DNA of 64,000 nucleotides from Clostridia bacterium (GTDB taxonomy: Bacteria > Bacillota > Clostridia > UMGS1840), in NCBI GenBank assembly GCA_045631485.1, contig JAZQUU010000026.1, positions 3,063 to 67,062 of the forward strand, given 5' to 3'. Positions 41,817-51,079 of this stretch are shown in pieces. Made by a program: the position numbers and the translations under genes. The first letter of the stretch is position 1. Each line of letters opens with the position of its first letter. Under the pieces are notes generated by a model. The model saw nothing but the letters and a program-made list of their open reading frames with translations. It was not told the DNA's origin and did no database searches.

Positions 41817-43598
41817 CTATGATTTTTGATTGTTTTTTTCAAGCAGAACGGATAAATCTTGATAGAGATACAACGAACCGCACACAACAATCAGTTTTCC
41901 CGTTTTTTCTGCAGCAAAAATCGCACTCTCCAAATCGGAAAACGCAGTCCCGAAAACACCGCTTTCACGGGCTATTTGACATAAGTTTTCGGGAGTATCG
42001 CTTCGCTCGTTATTGCAAACCGAAACAAAATAAAAACTTTCTCCCGAAAACACCGCCAAGCTTTCCTTAATATCCTTATCTTTCATAAAGGCAGATACGA
42101 AGATTTTTTCGGTGTTGGGATAGTATCTGTCAAGACTTGTTCTTAAAGCAGTCATACCGTTTAAATTATGGGCACCGTCAAACAAAATATTCTCGGTTAC
42201 CTGCTCCAATCTGCCGATATGACGCGCTTGTTTTAACCCCTCTCTTATAACGCTTTCCGAAATCTCGAGCTGCAAAGCGGTTTCAATTGCCAAAGAAGCG
42301 TTTTCTATCTGATGATATCCCGAGATTCCGCAAACAAGATTTTTGATATTGCCGTATGAAAATACCTCGTAACAACCTTTAGGATCGGAAACTTCTGCAG
42401 ATGTTGTCACAAAAACAGGAGCGTTTTTGTCATTTGCCACTCTCTTTAGCACATTCATTGCATCTTCATCCTGAGGCAAGGTAACAAGTGGAACTCCTTC
42501 TTTGATAATCCCTGCTTTTTCATAGGCGATTTTATCAACGGAATCCCCTAAATATGCAACATGGTCAACAGCAATTCGGGTAATCGCGGTGCAAAGCGGT
42601 TTTTTAATCACATTGGTTGCATCATATCGTCCGCCAAGACCTGTTTCCAACACGACCACATCACAATTCTGCTCCAAGAAATAACAAAATGCAACTGCCG
42701 TCCACGCCTCAAATTGAGACGGAATTTCTCCCGTGGCTTCTTTCACTTCACCAAGATGACTTTCAATTTTTAAGAGGAGGCGATTTAAATCTTCGTCGGA
42801 AATTTCCATACCGTCAATAGAAATTCTTTCGTTCACCCGAAGCATATTGGGGGAAATAAATTTCCCTGTTTTTTTGCCGGATTTTGTTAACATTGTTTGC
42901 AAAAATGCACAGACAGAACCTTTCCCGTTGGTGCCTGCCACATGAATAACGGACAGTTTATCCTGCGGGTTTCCAACACATTCCAACAGTTTGGTAATGC
43001 GCTCCAAGCCTAAATTGATAACTGTTTGAAAACTGTTGGCATATTGAACGAATTCTTGCTTTTTTGCTTGATTCAATTCTTTCACATGGGGGGATAATGC
43101 ACCGAAAAAAGCAAAACAAGTAAGAATTTCAAGTGGTGCCTTGATGCAAAAAACAATCAATCTCTCCCACATCACAAAGCCGATTAAGTGCATTCCGCCA
43201 CGAAAAATTGCACCCCAAACACTTCCCAGAATCAAATCTATAATAATCCCTTTTATCACAACACAAAGAGAAATACGGAGCAAGGATTTTTTCTTCTGAT
43301 ACAAAAATAATCCGTAAAACACGCCGTGTAAAATTGCGTTGAGTGTCCAACCGAAAAAGAATGCCATTCCTTTACTGTTAAAAAGCATTCCGAAAATGTC
43401 GGATAAACCACCGGCAAGACCGCCCCAAAAGGGACCAAACATCGCCCCTGCCAGAGAAATGGGTATAAACCCGAAATCCAAACGGGAAACCGGTGTCTGA
43501 AACGATAGCAATCTAACCAAAACAATATTGGTTGCAATCAAAAAGGCAAGATAAACCAATCTTCTTAAATTGATTTTTTTTGATACATTTTTAGACAT
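41817..43598 (-). CDS. folC: Fusion: folate ECF S-component (FolT-like) + folylpolyglutamate synthase FolC
   Basis: N-terminal ~170 aa hydrophobic (FGFIPISLAGAMFGPFWGGLAGGLSD), then LGLERI, HVAGTNGKGS, ETGLGGRYDATN, DGAHN; no stop between the domains; ATG 43598 after AGAAAGGA. Confidence 0.9.
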   Translation of the reverse strand: MSKNVSKKINLRRLVYLAFLIATNIVLVRLLSFQTPVSRLDFGFIPISLAGAMFGPFWGGLAGGLSDIFGMLFNSKGMAFFFGWTLNAILHGVFYGLFLYQKKKSLLRISLCVVIKGIIIDLILGSVWGAIFRGGMHLIGFVMWERLIVFCIKAPLEILTCFAFFGALSPHVKELNQAKKQEFVQYANSFQTVINLGLERITKLLECVGNPQDKLSVIHVAGTNGKGSVCAFLQTMLTKSGKKTGKFISPNMLRVNERISIDGMEISDEDLNRLLLKIESHLGEVKEATGEIPSQFEAWTAVAFCYFLEQNCDVVVLETGLGGRYDATNVIKKPLCTAITRIAVDHVAYLGDSVDKIAYEKAGIIKEGVPLVTLPQDEDAMNVLKRVANDKNAPVFVTTSAEVSDPKGCYEVFSYGNIKNLVCGISGYHQIENASLAIETALQLEISESVIREGLKQARHIGRLEQVTENILFDGAHNLNGMTALRTSLDRYYPNTEKIFVSAFMKDKDIKESLAVFSGESFYFVSVCNNERSDTPENLCQIARESGVFGTAFSDLESAIFAAEKTGKLIVVCGSLYLYQDLSVLLEKNNQKS

Positions 43599-43683
43599 AA
43601 AAAAATCCTTTCTTGTACCACAACTACAAAAAGGACGCAAACAACCGATTTTTCTTAAAAAAACGGCTTGAGTATTCTTTTGT

Positions 43684-43789
43684 AGCAACGGAATGCGGAA
43701 ATAACATCGCAGGTTTTTAGAAAAAACCTTTCGTAAAAGAGACAACTTCCCGTCCTCTTTTCACTTGACGCATTATTTCCTACTCTGCT
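43684..43789 (-). ncRNA. THF (tetrahydrofolate) riboswitch
   Basis: Minus strand GCAGAGTAG...GCGTCAAGTG...GGGAAGTTG...ACGAA...GCGA...GCATTCCGTTGC follows the THF aptamer consensus; upstream of a folT/folC gene; TTGACA-17-TATGAT promoter at 43820-43848. Confidence 0.9.
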
Positions 43790-43879
43790 TATGTTCGGAA
43801 TAAAAATTCCGATGGAATAATCATACACCCAACACCAAAATTTGTCAATAGATAATCTGCTCTTTTCTTTGGTTTTTAT

Positions 43880-43917
43880 AAAAAACGGATTATGATATCA
43901 TATCACAATCCGTTTTT
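43880..43917 (-). terminator. Terminator after the amidohydrolase gene
   Basis: AAAAACGGATT...AATCCGTTTTT. Confidence 0.75.
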
Positions 43918-43939
43918 GGGTTCTTTTTATTCTTTTGTT

Positions 43940-45232
43940 TTAGATTTCGCCGCGTTTTAAATATGCAAGATATTCATCACGGGTAAATAACGGCTGAAAA
44001 TTTTCTATCACTTTGTTTGCTTTTTCTGCATTGTTTTCCAGTAATTCCAAAGCGGTTGCCGCCAAGATTTTTGCCGCACCGATATAGGCAACATCGGGAT
44101 TGGTCGCCAAGAAATCTTTGGAGTGAATTTTGCCGGAAAATCCGCCGATAGAGGGTTGAACAGTGGGAATCACCGAGCTTACATCGCCGATATCGGAAGA
44201 ACCGACCGCAGGCACATTCGGCACTAAAGCGTCATCACCCAATACCTCTTTGGCAATCTCGTCCATCACATCATTGATATCATCACTTTCCTTTAACGGT
44301 AAAAAGCCAAGCATATCTTCGATGGTTGCCTCTGCACCAATCATCTGTGCTGCACCGTACACTGCACGATTGACCGCATCACTTCCCTTGCGGATAGCAT
44401 CAAAGGTGGCACCTCGCACATAGGTTTCAATACAAACCTCATCGGGCACAGAGTTCACCACATCACCGCCTTTGGTGATAATGGGATGAATTCTGATATG
44501 TTCTTCTTCGGTAAAGGTGTCACGATTGGAATGAATTCCTAAAATTGCCAAAGCCGCCGCATTTAAAGCATTTACTCCCTCGTCGGGACGGCTTCCGTGA
44601 GCCGCTTTTCCACGGAAGGTGATGGTTTTTGCCATAAATCCCAAATTGGAGGTTCTGGGATAGTATTTCACATCGGGAGCTTCGGTTTGTGCATGAATCA
44701 TCATCACCATATCCACATCATCAAAGGCGCCCTCATAAAACAACTGTTGCTTTCCGCCAAAATATTCAATTTTTCCCTGCTCTTTTAATTCTTTACGGGA
44801 AGATAAATCAATAAATTCTTCCGCAGGAACTGCCAGAAAAGTGATTTTGCCGCACAAATTTTCCGTAACACCGCTTTGTTTCAAACCGATTGCCGCACCG
44901 AGCATTGCCGCAATCTGAGCGTGATGACCGCAAGCGTGAGCTTTTCCGTCTTCCCCTTCATAAGGATGTCCTTTGCAAATCAAAGAATCCAATTCTCCGA
45001 TGATACAAACATTGGGACCTTCTTTTTTGGTATCCAATGTGGCTTTTACCCCTGTTAATGCCAAGGGGTATTTATAAGAAATTTCCAACTCGTCAAAGGT
45101 TTTACGAACCAAAGCGGACGTCTTTTCTTCAAAGTATCCAACCTCGGGACTTTTTAAAATTTCTTCTGCAATATTTTCAATCACATCTCTGTTTTTATCA
45201 ATGGTTTGATATGCCGCTTGTTTTAAATTCAT
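43940..45232 (-). CDS. M20D-family amidohydrolase
   Basis: GELDSL, HACGH, PAEE, MMIH, GKAAH, GSSDIGD. Confidence 0.92.
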   Translation of the reverse strand: MNLKQAAYQTIDKNRDVIENIAEEILKSPEVGYFEEKTSALVRKTFDELEISYKYPLALTGVKATLDTKKEGPNVCIIGELDSLICKGHPYEGEDGKAHACGHHAQIAAMLGAAIGLKQSGVTENLCGKITFLAVPAEEFIDLSSRKELKEQGKIEYFGGKQQLFYEGAFDDVDMVMMIHAQTEAPDVKYYPRTSNLGFMAKTITFRGKAAHGSRPDEGVNALNAAALAILGIHSNRDTFTEEEHIRIHPIITKGGDVVNSVPDEVCIETYVRGATFDAIRKGSDAVNRAVYGAAQMIGAEATIEDMLGFLPLKESDDINDVMDEIAKEVLGDDALVPNVPAVGSSDIGDVSSVIPTVQPSIGGFSGKIHSKDFLATNPDVAYIGAAKILAATALELLENNAEKANKVIENFQPLFTRDEYLAYLKRGEI

Positions 45233-45271
45233 TTGTCTATCCTCCGATATATTTTAGCTATTTAACAAGGA

Positions 45272-45976
45272 TTATATTTCTATTCTGTTGTCATAGAGCA
45301 AGTCCAAACCCGATTCATAAAGATGGGAAACATCAGAATAGCAAAGGCATCTTGGAGCAGTAATGTTGTTCTCATTATTTTGAAACTCAATCACACTAAC
45401 TCCCGTATGCGTATATTGAAACGATGACCACATAATATGCAAAGGGATATGCAACAAAACAGAAAGCCAGGCTCTTGAAAAAGCCGCATGACAAAACAGA
45501 GCAACTTTTTCTTCATTGGGTTTTAAAATACGATAGATACCATTTTCATATTGGTATCCGAGTCTCTTCAGGAATTCTTTTCCGTTTTCTTCAATATATT
45601 GAACCGCCACATCCATTTTTGATTCATTGATACCCGTACACTCAAAGCTTTTTTCATACGGAAGATTGATGTTTCCGTTTTCTAGATAGTATGTATTTTG
45701 AATCTGGGTAATAGATTTCATAATTCCGTCAGGAAACGGAGTCAGTTTTTCATCCTGAATTTCATGTGTCCAATGTTCTATATTTTTTTCAAGACCCAAT
45801 AACCTGCACGCCGGCTCTGCCGTTTGTATAGCCCGTCCCATAGGAGATGAAAATATTCTGTCAATTTTAGCATCATACAGTCTCTTACCCACGGCCTCTG
45901 CCTGCATTCTGCCTCTCTCGGTAAGTGAATCTGTTTCGTAATTCGGATCACCATGCCTGATAATATATAATAACAT
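45272..45976 (-). CDS. Histidine phosphatase (phosphoglycerate mutase family)
   Basis: IIRHG, SSPMGRAIQTA, LFCH. Confidence 0.9.
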   Translation of the reverse strand: MLLYIIRHGDPNYETDSLTERGRMQAEAVGKRLYDAKIDRIFSSPMGRAIQTAEPACRLLGLEKNIEHWTHEIQDEKLTPFPDGIMKSITQIQNTYYLENGNINLPYEKSFECTGINESKMDVAVQYIEENGKEFLKRLGYQYENGIYRILKPNEEKVALFCHAAFSRAWLSVLLHIPLHIMWSSFQYTHTGVSVIEFQNNENNITAPRCLCYSDVSHLYESGLDLLYDNRIEI

Positions 45977-46080
45977 TTCATCACCTCATTTTTTGATAGG
46001 ATTCTTATAAAGATTGGAATTTAACAACAGTGTTTTTTAGTAATTCGTATGGGGCTAGAATTAAAAAAGAGCACCCTAAA

Positions 46081-47112
46081 TTACGGCATCTTGCTTATTA
46101 CAAATTGAGCAAATTCTTTTGTGATTTGCACTTTATCCCGCCCCCATTGAAGAGCACCCAAAGTATCTCCACCAGCTGCAGTTATATGTATCCCTGGATA
46201 TGCTTTAATAAATTCGTCAACAAGTTCGTATGTTTTCAGTTCATATTCCCACCAATTCGCACTAAATTTGGATGAGTGACACTCAGCTTCTACTTTCCAA
46301 GGCCATCTGTCATTTTCGTCGTTTTCAAAATAAACAGCATCATCACTAGTTACGACATAATATCCAACAATACTACTTGGGCCTACACTATGCAGTAAAA
46401 GAACATCTCCTTTTTGCATTGTCTTGGGATTTTGTCCAAATCCAAGCATATCGTTTTCTTTGATAACTCTCGGCTTATTGAAAGGTTTCTCTGAAGTTCC
46501 AACTGGTTTTAAATAATATTTTATAGTTCCGTTTTGAGTTGATGAAGGTTTTTTATTTATCAGCTTATCCACCTTAAATTTTTCATATTGAATTTTTGGA
46601 TGCTTTTTTATAAATAATAATGCTTCATTATAAATCTCTGAAAGTTGTGTGTATGATAAATCATAAGTGTTAATAGATGTTATGATATCTGAAATTTCTT
46701 TTTGCTTCTCAACATCTTCTACATATAATCCAAATTCGTGATTTTTGACCAGACCATTTTCAGTGAAATTTCCAGAAGTTAAAACAAATCCTTTAGCACT
46801 AATTCCATCATAAAACAAGTAGACTTTACCATGAAGATTGTCATCAATCTTAATCAATAAATCAATTCCATTATTTATGCAAAATCCATAAAACTCATGC
46901 AGTGCAATAACTTTTTGAGCAGAGTCATCATATTTCTGTAACGTAGTATAAAGTATAATCTTTTTTATTGTGGTCATACTACCAACTAGTTTTGCAATAT
47001 CATCCGAAACAAAAGGAGACACTGCAATCAATGTATCTGCCTTCAAAGCATTTTTCTTTAAATAATCAAGATGATTATTCTTTTTCGTGTTCGAAATGAT
47101 TTCTAAATTCAT
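46081..47112 (-). CDS. PLD-family nuclease with C-terminal EVE/PUA-like domain (candidate defence nuclease)
   Basis: VSPF, LHGKVY, TSGNFT.NGL..NHE (single HxK PLD nuclease); C-terminal GDVLLLH...IVG...RWPWKV...VQIT; AT-rich. Confidence 0.75.
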   Translation of the reverse strand: MNLEIISNTKKNNHLDYLKKNALKADTLIAVSPFVSDDIAKLVGSMTTIKKIILYTTLQKYDDSAQKVIALHEFYGFCINNGIDLLIKIDDNLHGKVYLFYDGISAKGFVLTSGNFTENGLVKNHEFGLYVEDVEKQKEISDIITSINTYDLSYTQLSEIYNEALLFIKKHPKIQYEKFKVDKLINKKPSSTQNGTIKYYLKPVGTSEKPFNKPRVIKENDMLGFGQNPKTMQKGDVLLLHSVGPSSIVGYYVVTSDDAVYFENDENDRWPWKVEAECHSSKFSANWWEYELKTYELVDEFIKAYPGIHITAAGGDTLGALQWGRDKVQITKEFAQFVISKMP

Positions 47113-47237
47113 TGTTCACCTCATATAACATTTCTAATAGTTTCACCATAAAAAGCCATGCTAGATATTCGCTATCTTCCTTAATTAAAATTCGATAATC
47201 CTTATATTTTAAATTCAAATCAAGACTAAAAATTTTG

Positions 47238-47405
47238 TCAATATGCAATCTTCGATTGCTCGATATTTTTGTTATCACAAAATCGATATGTTTTTTCGGA
47301 AGGAGCAAGCCCATTCCCTACAAAACTCGATATGCTTTATATCTCGTCCCGAAGGGACATATCGAGTTGCTTGCAACATATCGAGTCATTTATGCTATAT
47401 ATCAA
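47238..47405. repeat. Multibranched palindromic element B (TCGATATG x4 / CATATCGA x4 with mini-hairpins and an embedded REP)
   Basis: TCGATATG at 47283, 47327 (variants 47238, 47260); CATATCGA at 47358, 47377 (variants 47338, 47398); hairpins GCAATC-ttc-GATTGC and GTCCC-gaa-GGGAC; REP-like CGGAAGGAGCAAGCCCATTCCCTAC at 47297-47321. Confidence 0.85.
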
Positions 47406-47434
47406 AGTATAACACATCTGCAATCCAATGTCAA
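47406..47434 (-). promoter_or_regulatory. Sigma-A promoter pointing into element B and the nuclease gene
   Basis: Minus strand TTGACA-17 bp-TATACT with extended -10 (TGT TATACT). Confidence 0.7.
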
Positions 47435-47442
47435 TTTGAAAT

Positions 47443-47482
47443 AAAAAAGAGTTGCGAATCTTTGGATTCACAACTCTTTTTT
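47443..47482 (-). terminator. ppdK terminator
   Basis: AAAAAAGAGTTGCGAATC-tttg-GATTCACAACTCTTTTTT. Confidence 0.85.
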
Positions 47483-47512
47483 ATTATGCTATCTTACAAC
47501 TAAAATTGTATC

Positions 47513-50137
47513 TTAGCCTTTGATTGCAGCCTGAGCAGCAGCCAGTCTTGCAATCGGTACACGGAAGGGAGAACAAGAAACGTAGTCCAAACCGATTTTG
47601 TGGCAGAATTCAACGGAAACAGGGTCACCGCCGTGTTCACCACAGATACCGCAATGAATTTCGGGACGAGCTTTTTTACCTAAGGTAACAGCTAATTCCA
47701 TCAGTTTACCAACACCGGTCTGGTCCAGTTTAGCGAACGGATCGTTTTCAAAGATTTTTGCATCATAGTATGCATCTAAGAATTTACCTGCGTCGTCACG
47801 GGAGAAACCGTAGGTCATCTGAGTTAAGTCATTGGTACCGAAGCAGAAGAATTCAGCTTCTTTTGCGATATCGTCTGCGGTTAATGCAGCTCTGGGAATT
47901 TCAATCATAGTACCAACTTCGTATTTTAAGTCGGTGCCGGAAGCTGCAACTTCTGCATCAGCAGTAGCAACAACAGCAGCTTTTACGTATTTTAATTCTT
48001 TGATATCGCCAACTAAGGGAATCATAATTTCGGGAACGATGGTCCAATCCGGATGAGCTTTTTTCACATTGATTGCAGCACGGATAACCGCTTTGGTCTG
48101 CATTTTAGCGATTTCAGGATAGGTAACTGCCAGACGGCATCCTCTGTGACCCATCATGGGGTTGAATTCGTGTAAGGAAGCGATGATAGCTTTGATATCT
48201 TCCACGGTTTTGCCCTGAGCTTTTGCTAAAGCAGCAATGTCAGCTTCTTCGGTGGGAACAAACTCATGCAGCGGAGGATCTAAGAAACGGATACATACCG
48301 GATTTCCTTCCAGTGCTTCGTAGAGTTTTTCAAAGTCACCCTGCTGATAGGGCAGGATTTTTTCTAATGCAACTTCTCTTGCTTCAACAGTGTCAGCACA
48401 GATCATTTCTCTGAATGCTGCGATTCTGTCTGCTTCGAAGAACATGTGTTCGGTACGGCACAGACCGATACCTTCAGCGCCTAATTCAACTGCTTTTTTC
48501 GCATCAGCAGGAGTATCAGCGTTGGTTCTAACTTTTAAGGTTCTGAATTCGTCTGCCCATTCCATGATTCTGCCGAATTCGCCTGCGATTTCAGCATCAA
48601 CGGTGGGAATAATACCGTCGTAGATGTTACCGGTGGAACCATCGATAGAGATTTCATCGCCTTCTACGAAGGTTTTACCTGCTAAGGTGAATTTTTTGTT
48701 TGCTTCATCCATAATGATGTCGCCGCAACCGGATACACAGCAGGTACCCATACCACGAGCAACAACTGCTGCGTGAGAGGTCATACCGCCACGAACGGTT
48801 AAGATACCTTGGGATGCTTTCATACCGGTGATATCTTCGGGAGAAGTTTCTAAACGAACTAAGATAACTTTTTTGCCCTGGTTGTTCCAGTTTTCTGCAT
48901 CTTCAGCAGTGAACACAACCTGACCGCAAGCAGCACCGGGAGAAGCACCTAAACCTCTGCCCATGGGAGTTGCAGCTTTTAATGCTTTTGCATCAAACTG
49001 GGGATGTAATAAGGTATCTAAGTTTCTGGGGTCGATCATAGCAACAGCCTGTTTTTTATCGATCATGCCTTCGTCTACTAAGTCACAAGCGATTTTTAAA
49101 GCAGCTTTTGCGGTTCTCTTACCATTTCTGGTCTGGAGCATATACAGTTTTTTGTTTTCAATGGTGAATTCCATATCCTGCATATCTCTGTAATGGTCTT
49201 CTAAGATTGCGCAAACTTTGTTGAATTCAGCGAAAGCTTCGGGGAAGGTTTCTGCCATCTGAGCGATAGGCATGGGAGTACGAACACCTGCAACAACGTC
49301 TTCACCCTGAGCGTTTACTAAGAATTCACCCATCAGACCTTTGTCGCCGGTAGCGGGGTCACGGGTAAATGCAACACCGGTACCACAGTCATCGCCCATG
49401 TTACCGAATGCCATCATCTGCACGTTAACAGCGGTACCCCAGGAATAAGGAATATCGTTGTCACGTCTGTAAACGTTTGCACGGGGGTTGTCCCAAGAAC
49501 GGAATACAGCTTCAACAGCGCCCATTAACTGTTCTTTGGGGTCAGCCGGGAAGTCTTTACCGATTTTGGATTTGTATTCAGCTTTGAACTGACCTGCTAA
49601 TTCTTTTAAGTCTTCAGCGGTTAATTCAACGTCCTGAGTAACACCTTTCTTTTCTTTCATTTCGTCGATAAGTTCTTCAAAGTATTTCTTACCAACTTCC
49701 ATAACTACGTCAGAATACATCTGAATGAATCTTCTGTAGCAGTCCCAAGCCCATCTTGCGTTGCCGGTTTTAGCGGACATGGTTTCAACAACTTCTTCAT
49801 TTAAACCTAAGTTTAAGATGGTATCCATCATACCGGGCATAGATGCTCTTGCACCGGAACGAACGGAAACCAGTAACGGATTTTCTTTATCACCGAATTT
49901 TTTGCCGCAGATTGCTTCCATTTTGGTGATGTTTTCCATAATTTCAGCCTGAATGTCTGCATTGATGGTTCTGCCATCTTCATAGTACTGAGTACAAGCT
50001 TCGGTAGAAACGGTGAAGCCCTGAGGAACCGGCAGACCGATTTTGGTCATTTCAGCCAGGTTCGCACCTTTACCACCCAGCAGTTCACGCATAGATGCGT
50101 CGCCTTCGGAAAAAAGGTATACAAATTTTTTACCCAT
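47513..50137 (-). CDS. ppdK: Pyruvate, phosphate dikinase
   Basis: LLGGKGANLAEM, SVRSGA, GGMTSHAAVVARG, GLCRTEHMF, GTNDLTQ, CGEHGG. Confidence 0.98.
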   Translation of the reverse strand: MGKKFVYLFSEGDASMRELLGGKGANLAEMTKIGLPVPQGFTVSTEACTQYYEDGRTINADIQAEIMENITKMEAICGKKFGDKENPLLVSVRSGARASMPGMMDTILNLGLNEEVVETMSAKTGNARWAWDCYRRFIQMYSDVVMEVGKKYFEELIDEMKEKKGVTQDVELTAEDLKELAGQFKAEYKSKIGKDFPADPKEQLMGAVEAVFRSWDNPRANVYRRDNDIPYSWGTAVNVQMMAFGNMGDDCGTGVAFTRDPATGDKGLMGEFLVNAQGEDVVAGVRTPMPIAQMAETFPEAFAEFNKVCAILEDHYRDMQDMEFTIENKKLYMLQTRNGKRTAKAALKIACDLVDEGMIDKKQAVAMIDPRNLDTLLHPQFDAKALKAATPMGRGLGASPGAACGQVVFTAEDAENWNNQGKKVILVRLETSPEDITGMKASQGILTVRGGMTSHAAVVARGMGTCCVSGCGDIIMDEANKKFTLAGKTFVEGDEISIDGSTGNIYDGIIPTVDAEIAGEFGRIMEWADEFRTLKVRTNADTPADAKKAVELGAEGIGLCRTEHMFFEADRIAAFREMICADTVEAREVALEKILPYQQGDFEKLYEALEGNPVCIRFLDPPLHEFVPTEEADIAALAKAQGKTVEDIKAIIASLHEFNPMMGHRGCRLAVTYPEIAKMQTKAVIRAAINVKKAHPDWTIVPEIMIPLVGDIKELKYVKAAVVATADAEVAASGTDLKYEVGTMIEIPRAALTADDIAKEAEFFCFGTNDLTQMTYGFSRDDAGKFLDAYYDAKIFENDPFAKLDQTGVGKLMELAVTLGKKARPEIHCGICGEHGGDPVSVEFCHKIGLDYVSCSPFRVPIARLAAAQAAIKG

Positions 50138-50366
50138 TAGTAAAAGCCTCCTAAGTATATAATGTTATTTTTTACAGATTTGTGATTACCCTGATTTACA
50201 TCTACACAGAGTAATACCAATATATTATACCATAAATCTGTAATTTGTAAAGAGTTTTTCTGTAACTTTTTCCGAATTTTTTCATTTTTTCTCTTTTTTA
50301 TATACTTCTCCATAAATAGGGTCTGATTATGAAGTTTTTTCGTTCAATATGACTACGATATTGTTG

Positions 50367-51005
50367 TCAGGAAAAGTATTTTTCCCATAATTCCAATATT
50401 TTGAATTTGAAAATGGTTTCTTTTTTATTTCCTGTAATCAAATCGGCTTCCTGCTCGGTGAGAATATGATGCAAAACAAGACGGTCGGATTCGGTAATTT
50501 CCGTGATTCCGTCAATTCTGCAAAGAGAGGGATACATCACACAAAAGAAGTTTTCGCCTTTCCCCTCTCCCAATGTGACAGAAACCGCATCATAGGTACC
50601 CCAAGGTAACACAAAATCGGAATACTCCCGTACGGGGAACTCTTTTTTTCCGACAGACACATAGGAATCATAAGAAAAACCGTTTTCCAAAAGCACTCTG
50701 TCGGCAATTTGTTTGATTTCTTCCCGATGCTTTTTAAAATATAGCAAAGCCTCTTCTTTGGAGGAAATCCTGCTAAAATCCATATTTTCGAAAATTGCTT
50801 CTCGTACTTTCATTTTCACACTTTGATCGGCATCGGAATTACTGTTTGCCACAATATGAAACCGAACAAAGTTTTTACTGATGTTATCGGCTTGTTCTTT
50901 GGCGTGTGACACCGTTCCCAACAATGTGCCGATGAGAAATACCATTACCACGGCAATCATAACCGATTTGTTTTCTTTTAAAATTTTTTTTGTGAATTGT
51001 TTCAT
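50367..51005 (-). CDS. spoIIR: Stage II sporulation protein R
   Basis: N-terminal signal/TM, RFHIVANSNSDADQSVK, FPVREY, LGEGKGENFFCVMYPSLC; ATG 51005 after AAGGAG. Confidence 0.92.
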   Translation of the reverse strand: MKQFTKKILKENKSVMIAVVMVFLIGTLLGTVSHAKEQADNISKNFVRFHIVANSNSDADQSVKMKVREAIFENMDFSRISSKEEALLYFKKHREEIKQIADRVLLENGFSYDSYVSVGKKEFPVREYSDFVLPWGTYDAVSVTLGEGKGENFFCVMYPSLCRIDGITEITESDRLVLHHILTEQEADLITGNKKETIFKFKILELWEKYFS

Positions 51006-51050
51006 TGTAATCTCCTTACTAAAAAAATAAGAACCGTACCGTTTCGATAC

Positions 51051-51079
51051 GATTCTTACCATTTTTATGATGTTTATAC
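51051..51079 (-). promoter_or_regulatory. Sigma-F-type promoter of spoIIR
   Basis: Minus strand GTATA-14 bp-GGTAAGAAT, close to the sigma-F consensus GYATA-N15-GGnrAnAnT; spoIIR is a known sigma-F gene. Confidence 0.6.

Noticed and set aside
43599-43745. N-terminal extension of FolT-FolC in the ORF track (similarly for tdh, proA, trmK, gap, ftsX, HAD and ORF 223..663)
   Set aside because: The extensions run through riboswitch, promoter, repeat or upstream-gene sequence; downstream ATGs match the family N-termini and mostly have a clear RBS.
47075-47503. ORFs 47075..47314, 47235..47444 and 47243..47503
   Set aside because: They overlap element B, the promoter or the terminator and lack an RBS or motifs; likely spurious, although 47075..47230 could be a gene remnant.
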